DNA of 64,000 nucleotides. It comes from Pristiophorus japonicus (Eukaryota). Below the pieces are notes generated by a model, which did no database searches, was not told where the DNA came from, and saw only the letters and a list, made by a program, of their open reading frames with translations. Both the position numbers and the translations under genes were made by a program. Shown here in pieces: positions 58,668 through 64,000 of the stretch. The first letter of the stretch is position 1; each line of letters starts with the position of its first letter. Location of the stretch: the NCBI RefSeq assembly GCF_044704955.1, contig NC_091977.1, forward strand, positions 13,020,001-13,084,000. The letters are read 5' to 3'.

Positions 58668-61453
58668 TACAGTCATACGCAGATAATGTTAGTGCCCATC
58701 TTTGGCTGCAGGACGAAGTATTGGTGTTAATACCTTTGCTTTCTGAGAACAGCGAAATGAACGGTTTGTGGTCGGTTTCAAGCTCGAACCGGAGTCCAAA
58801 TAGGTATTGGTGCATTTTCTTAACCCCGTATACGCATAATAATGCTTCTTTCTCAACCATACTGTAGGCTCTTTCAGCCTTAGATAAACTTCTGGACGAA
58901 ATGCAACCGGTTGCAGTTTGCCTGACACATTGGCTTGCTGTAACACACAACCGACCCCGTACGAAGATGCATCACAAGCCAGTACTAAACATTTACACGG
59001 GTCATACAATACAAGTAACTTGTTAGAACACAGCAGGTTACTGGCTGTCTCTTGAGATTTACCCCAAACTCAGTTGTCACCCTTGCGTAGCAATAAATGC
59101 AAAGGTACCAGCAAAGTGCTCAACCCCGGTAGAAAGTTACCAAAATAGTTGAGGAGTCCCAGAAATGAACGCAGCTCCGTGGTCTGGGTGCATTCTTGGA
59201 GTCCATGGGTCTGATGCCGTCCGCCGCAATCTTTTTCCTCAGAAATTCGACCTCTGGCGCCAGGGAAACACACTTGGAGCGTTTCAGCCTGAGTCCCACT
59301 CTGACTAGTCACTTGAGAACCTCTTCCAGGTTGTGCAAGTGTTTGGTGGTGTTGCGACCAGTGATCAAGATGTCGTCTTGAAACACAACGGTGTGCGGAA
59401 CGGATTTCAACAGACTCTCCATGTTCCTCTGGAAGATGGACGCAGCCGAGCGAATCCCAAAGGGACATCTGTGGTACATGAACAGTCCTTTGTGGGTGTT
59501 GATGCACGTCAATTTTTTTGAAGGTTCAGCCAGCTCCTGTGTCATGTAAGCAGAGGTTAGATCCAGCTTGGTGAACGACTTCCCCACTGCTAGCGTTGCG
59601 AACAGGTCATCCGCTTTGGGTAGTGGGTACTGGTTCTGTAACGAGACTTGGTTGATCATTACCTTGTAGTCCCTGCAGATTCTGACCATCCCATCGCTCT
59701 TCAACACTGGAACAATTGGACTGGCCCACTCGTTGAACTCAACTGGTGATATGATTCCTTCTCGTTGAAGTCTGTCCAGCTCGATCTCGACTTTCTCTCG
59801 CATCATGTATGGAACCGCTCGAACCTTGTGATGAACGGGTCGTGCATCAGGGACTAGATGGACCTGCACTTTGGCGCCTGTGAAGTTGCCGATGCCTGGC
59901 TCGAATAACAACGGGAATTTGTTTAGCACTTGGGCGCACGAGGCGTCATCCTAAGAAGACAGTGCTTTGATGTCGTCCCAGTTCTATCGGATCTTTCCTA
60001 GCCAGCTTCTGCCGAACAGCATTGGGCCATCGCCTGGTACAATCCATAGTGATAAATCATGCACAGTTCCATCGTACGTTACCTTCACTGCCGCACTGCC
60101 AATGACTGGTATGAGCTCTTTGGTGTAAGTGCACAGCTTGATGTGGATCGGGCTTAGCTTTGGCTTTTGGGCCTTGTTACCCACAGTTTCTCAAAAGCCT
60201 TCTGGCTCATAATTGACTGACTCGCCCCCGTGTCCAATTCCATGGAAACTGGAATGCCGTTTAATTTGACTTTCAACATTATCGGAGGGCTTTTGTTGGT
60301 GAAGTTGTGTATCCCATACACTTCTTCTTCAATCTCGGGTTGAGTTCAATCTCTCTTACTCATGCAGCGTGATCTGCGCCAGATCGGTCATCTTCTGCTG
60401 ACTCTGCCACTTGGTGAGTCGCAGTACGTTTGCACATTCACTGGAGGTGCCCCATTGTTCCACAGCCCTTGCACACGTAGTTCTTGAATCGACATTGATG
60501 GGCTCGATGATTACCCCCACAGCGCCAACATGGTGTTAATGGATTCGCATTCACGCCCCACAGCGGACTCCGAGTCATCCTAGGTCTGGCCTCTGCGGGC
60601 GTGTAGGCCCTGCCATGTACAGTTCTGCCCGCTGTAGGTATTATTTTGTGCACAGTACTTGCCAGTGAGCTTCGATACTGCAAAGATATCTGTTTAGTGT
60701 TATCGTTCGTGGGCATGAAAGCCTGGGCTATCGTGATGGCCTTGCTCAGATCTGGGGATTCAGCAGACAGCAGTTTGCGAAGAATGACCTCGTGGCCGAT
60801 TCCAAGCATGAAAAAGTCCTGCAACATTTCACCCAAAAATCTAGCAAATTTGCACTGTCCCGCAAGGCGTCTTAGGTCGGCAACATAGCTCGCCACGTTC
60901 TGGTCCTCGGAGCAATGGTGCATGTAAAAGCGATACCTGGTCATTAAGATGCTCTCCTTTGGCTTGGGGTGTTCCCGAACCAGCGTGCATAACTCTGCAT
61001 ATGTCTTGACCGTTGGTTTTGTCGGTGCTAGCAGATTTTTGACGAGGCGATATATCGTGGACCCACAAATGGTGAGGAGAATCGCCCTGCGCTTGACCGC
61101 AGTATCTTCCGTATCCAGCTCGTTGGCCACGAAGTACTGGTCAAGGCGCTCAATGAAGGCTTCCCAATTATCACCCTCAACAAATCTCTCAAGAATACTA
61201 ATGGCAGCCATAACCGCGTGAAAGTTCGTGATCTTTTACTCGTCGCCAATTGTTATGTTCAGAATAACTCCACAAGACTGTATACTGTAAGCTCAAACTG
61301 CTGTGACCTTGGTCTCTTTAATGTAACTCCAGAGTGAGGAAGCAGCATGGTAGACTGCCTTTGGTACCTGTTTGCCCAGGGTGTGCAGGGTCTCCAACAG
61401 GTGCGCCTCCTGGTGTCAAGTCTTACACACTAGTAAAGTTTACATACATAACA
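58668..61453 (-). mobile_element. Mag-like Gypsy, 5' LTR (61251-61453) to RNase H; integrase and 3' LTR missing
   Basis: PBS tggcgacgag; gag ATG 61211; knuckles; FQDD; CDASSYGVG. Confidence 0.9.
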
Positions 61454-61577
61454 AGTCGTTTCCTCCACTTATCACACAAACACAGCCCGACTCTTTTTCT
61501 GTTGATTATCCTCTACGGTTCTCTGCAGATTATATATTTCTAGTGTATATAAGAACAACAATTTATATAGCACCTTC

Positions 61578-64000
61578 ATAAGAACATAAGAAATAAGAGC
61601 AGAAGTGGGCCATTTGACCCCTCGAGCATGCTCCGCCATTGAATAAGATAATGGCTGATCTGATCTTGACCTCAACTCCACTTCTCTTTCCGCTCACCAT
61701 AAACCTTGCTTTCCTTATCGTTCAAAAATGTGTCTATCTCCACCTTAAATATATTCAATGACCCAGCATCCACAGCTCTCTGGGTAGAGAATTCCACAGA
61801 TCCACGACCCCCTGAGAGAAGAAATTCCTCATCATTTTAAATGGGCGATCCCTTATTCTGAAACTATGCCCTCTAGTTCTAGATTCCGCTATGAGAAGAA
61901 ACATTGTCTCTGCATCTACCCTGTCAAGCCCCCTCATAATTTTATTGATTTCAATAAGATCACCTCTCATTCTTCCAATGAGTATAGGCCCAACCTTTCT
62001 TCATAAGACAACCCCTTCATCTCAGGAATCATTGGAATCCATTGGCCTTTCTGATCACTTGCTGTACCTGCTTACTAACCTTTTGTGTTTCATGCACAAG
62101 GACCCCCAGGTCCTGCTGTACTGCAGCACGTTGCAATCTTTCTCCATTTAAATAATAACTTGCTCTTTGATTTTTTTTTGCCAAAGTGTATAACCTTACA
62201 CTTTCCAACATTATACTCCATCTGCCAAATTTTTGTCCACTCACTTAGCCTGTCTATATCCTTTTGCATATTTTTTGTGTCCTCCTCACACATTGCTTTT
62301 CCTCCCATCTTTGTATCGTCAGCAAACTTGGCTACGTTACATTCGGCCCCTTCTTCCAAGTCATTAATATAGATTGTAAATAGTTGGGGTCCCAGCACTG
62401 ATCCCTGCGGCACCCCACTAGTTACTGGTTGCCAACCCGAGAATGAACCATTTATCCTGACTCTCTGTTTTCTGTTCGTTAGCCAATCCTCTATCCATGC
62501 TAATATATTACCCGCAATCCAGTTAACTTTTATGTTGTGCAGTAACCTTTTATGTGGTACCTTGTCAAATGCCTTCTGGAAGTCCAAATACACCACATCC
62601 ACTGGTTCCCCTTTATCCACCCTGTTTGTTACATCCTCAAAGAATTCCAGCAAATTTGTCAAACATGACTTCCCCTTCATAAATCCATGCTGACTCTGCC
62701 TGACCGAATTTTGCTTTTCCAAATGTCCTGCTACTGCTTCTTTAATAATGGACTCCAACATTTTCCCAACCACAGATGTTAGGCTAACTGGTCTATAGTT
62801 TCCTCCTTTTTGTCTGCCTCCTTTTTTAAATAGGGAAGTTACATTTTCAGTTTTCCAATCTGCTGGGACCTCTCCAGAATCCAGGGAATTTTGGTAAATT
62901 ACAACCTGTGCATCCACTATCCCTGGTGTGACTTCTCTTAAGACCCAAAATGCAAGCCATCAGGTCAGGGGAATTATCTGCCTTTCGTCCCATTATCTTG
63001 CTGAGTACCACCTCCTTAATGATTGTGATTATGTTAAGTTCCTCCCCCCCCTCTATAGCCCCTTGACTATCCATTGTTGGGATATTGTTAGTGTCTTCTA
63101 CCGTAAAGATTGATACAAATTATTTGTTCAGAGTTTCTGCCATTTCCATGTTCCCCATTACTAATTCTCCGGTCTCATCCTCTAAGGGACCAACATTTAC
63201 TTTAGCCACTTTGCCTTTTTATATATCTATAGAAACTCCTACTGTTAGTTTTTATATTTCTTGCTAGTTTACTCTCATAATCTATCTTCTCTCTCTTTAT
63301 TTATTTTTTTCGTTGTCCTTTGCTGATTTCTAAATATTTCCCAATCCTCTAGCTTACCACTAATCTTCGCAACATTGTATGCCTTTGTTTTCAATTTGAT
63401 ACCATCCTTTACTTCTTTACTTAGCCACAGGTGGTTTATTCTTCTTTAGAGCCTTTCTTTCTCACTGGTATATATTTTTGCTGGGCATGATGAAATATCT
63501 CCTTAAATGTCTGCCGCTGCTTATCTACCATCTTACCTTTTAATCTATTTTCCCAGTCCACTTCAATTCTGCCTTCATACCTTTGTAATTGCCTTTATTT
63601 AGATTCAGGACACAGATTTGAGACCCAACTTTCTCACCCTCAAACTGAATTTGAAATTCTACCATGCTATGATCACTCTTTCCTAGAGGATCCTTTATTA
63701 TGAAATCATTAATTAATCTGGTCTCATTACACGGTACCATGCTGCTTGGCTTGACTCTATTATGATTTTCTAAATTTTCCAAACGGACTCCAGCATTTTC
63801 CCAACGACAGATGTTAGGCTAACTGGTCTATAGTTTCCTGCTTTCTAAGATAGCCTGCTCCCTGCTTGGTTCCACAACGTATTGTTCTAAGAAACCATCC
63901 CGAATAAACTCTATGAACTCATACTCAACGCTACCTTTGCCAAGTTCATTTGTCCAATCAATAAGAAGATTAAAATCACCCATGATCATTGCACTACCAT
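61578..64000 (-). mobile_element. CR1 LINE running off the window, with internal deletions
   Basis: Tail ataagaacataaga; RT motifs; SDH and GDFN endonuclease motifs near the end. Confidence 0.92.

Overview
Repeat-dense vertebrate genomic DNA, most likely a cartilaginous fish. This is inferred from the shark-type CR1, L2, Deu-SINE, Penelope, Tx1 and Mag/Gypsy repeats. The only clear host gene is at the left end (+ strand): two symmetric phase-1 Ig V-set exons (1485-1871, 3299-3655), a transmembrane exon (6623-6733) and a candidate short tail exon (7471-7514). It encodes a Siglec-15-like receptor with a V-V-TM layout, no sialic-acid-binding Arg in either V domain and no TM lysine. The rest is layered transposon sequence. 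There are two complete but decayed Mag-clade Gypsy proviruses with 5-bp TSDs, two partial ones and a solo LTR. A four-level nest runs L2 > Harbinger-type MITE > CR1 > Tx1 pair/CR1/solo LTR. One Tx1 LINE has a twin-priming 5' inversion, Penelope ends carry minimal hammerhead ribozyme motifs, and there are two minisatellites. The most striking structure is a head-to-tail pair of young Tx1-clade RT elements (17062-22006). They are separated and flanked by three copies of one 16-bp CR1 coding sequence and share an identical 5' start but have divergent 3' tails, which suggests a retrotransposon that targets CR1. All homology calls are from recognised motifs, not database searches. Boundaries of old repeats are approximate.
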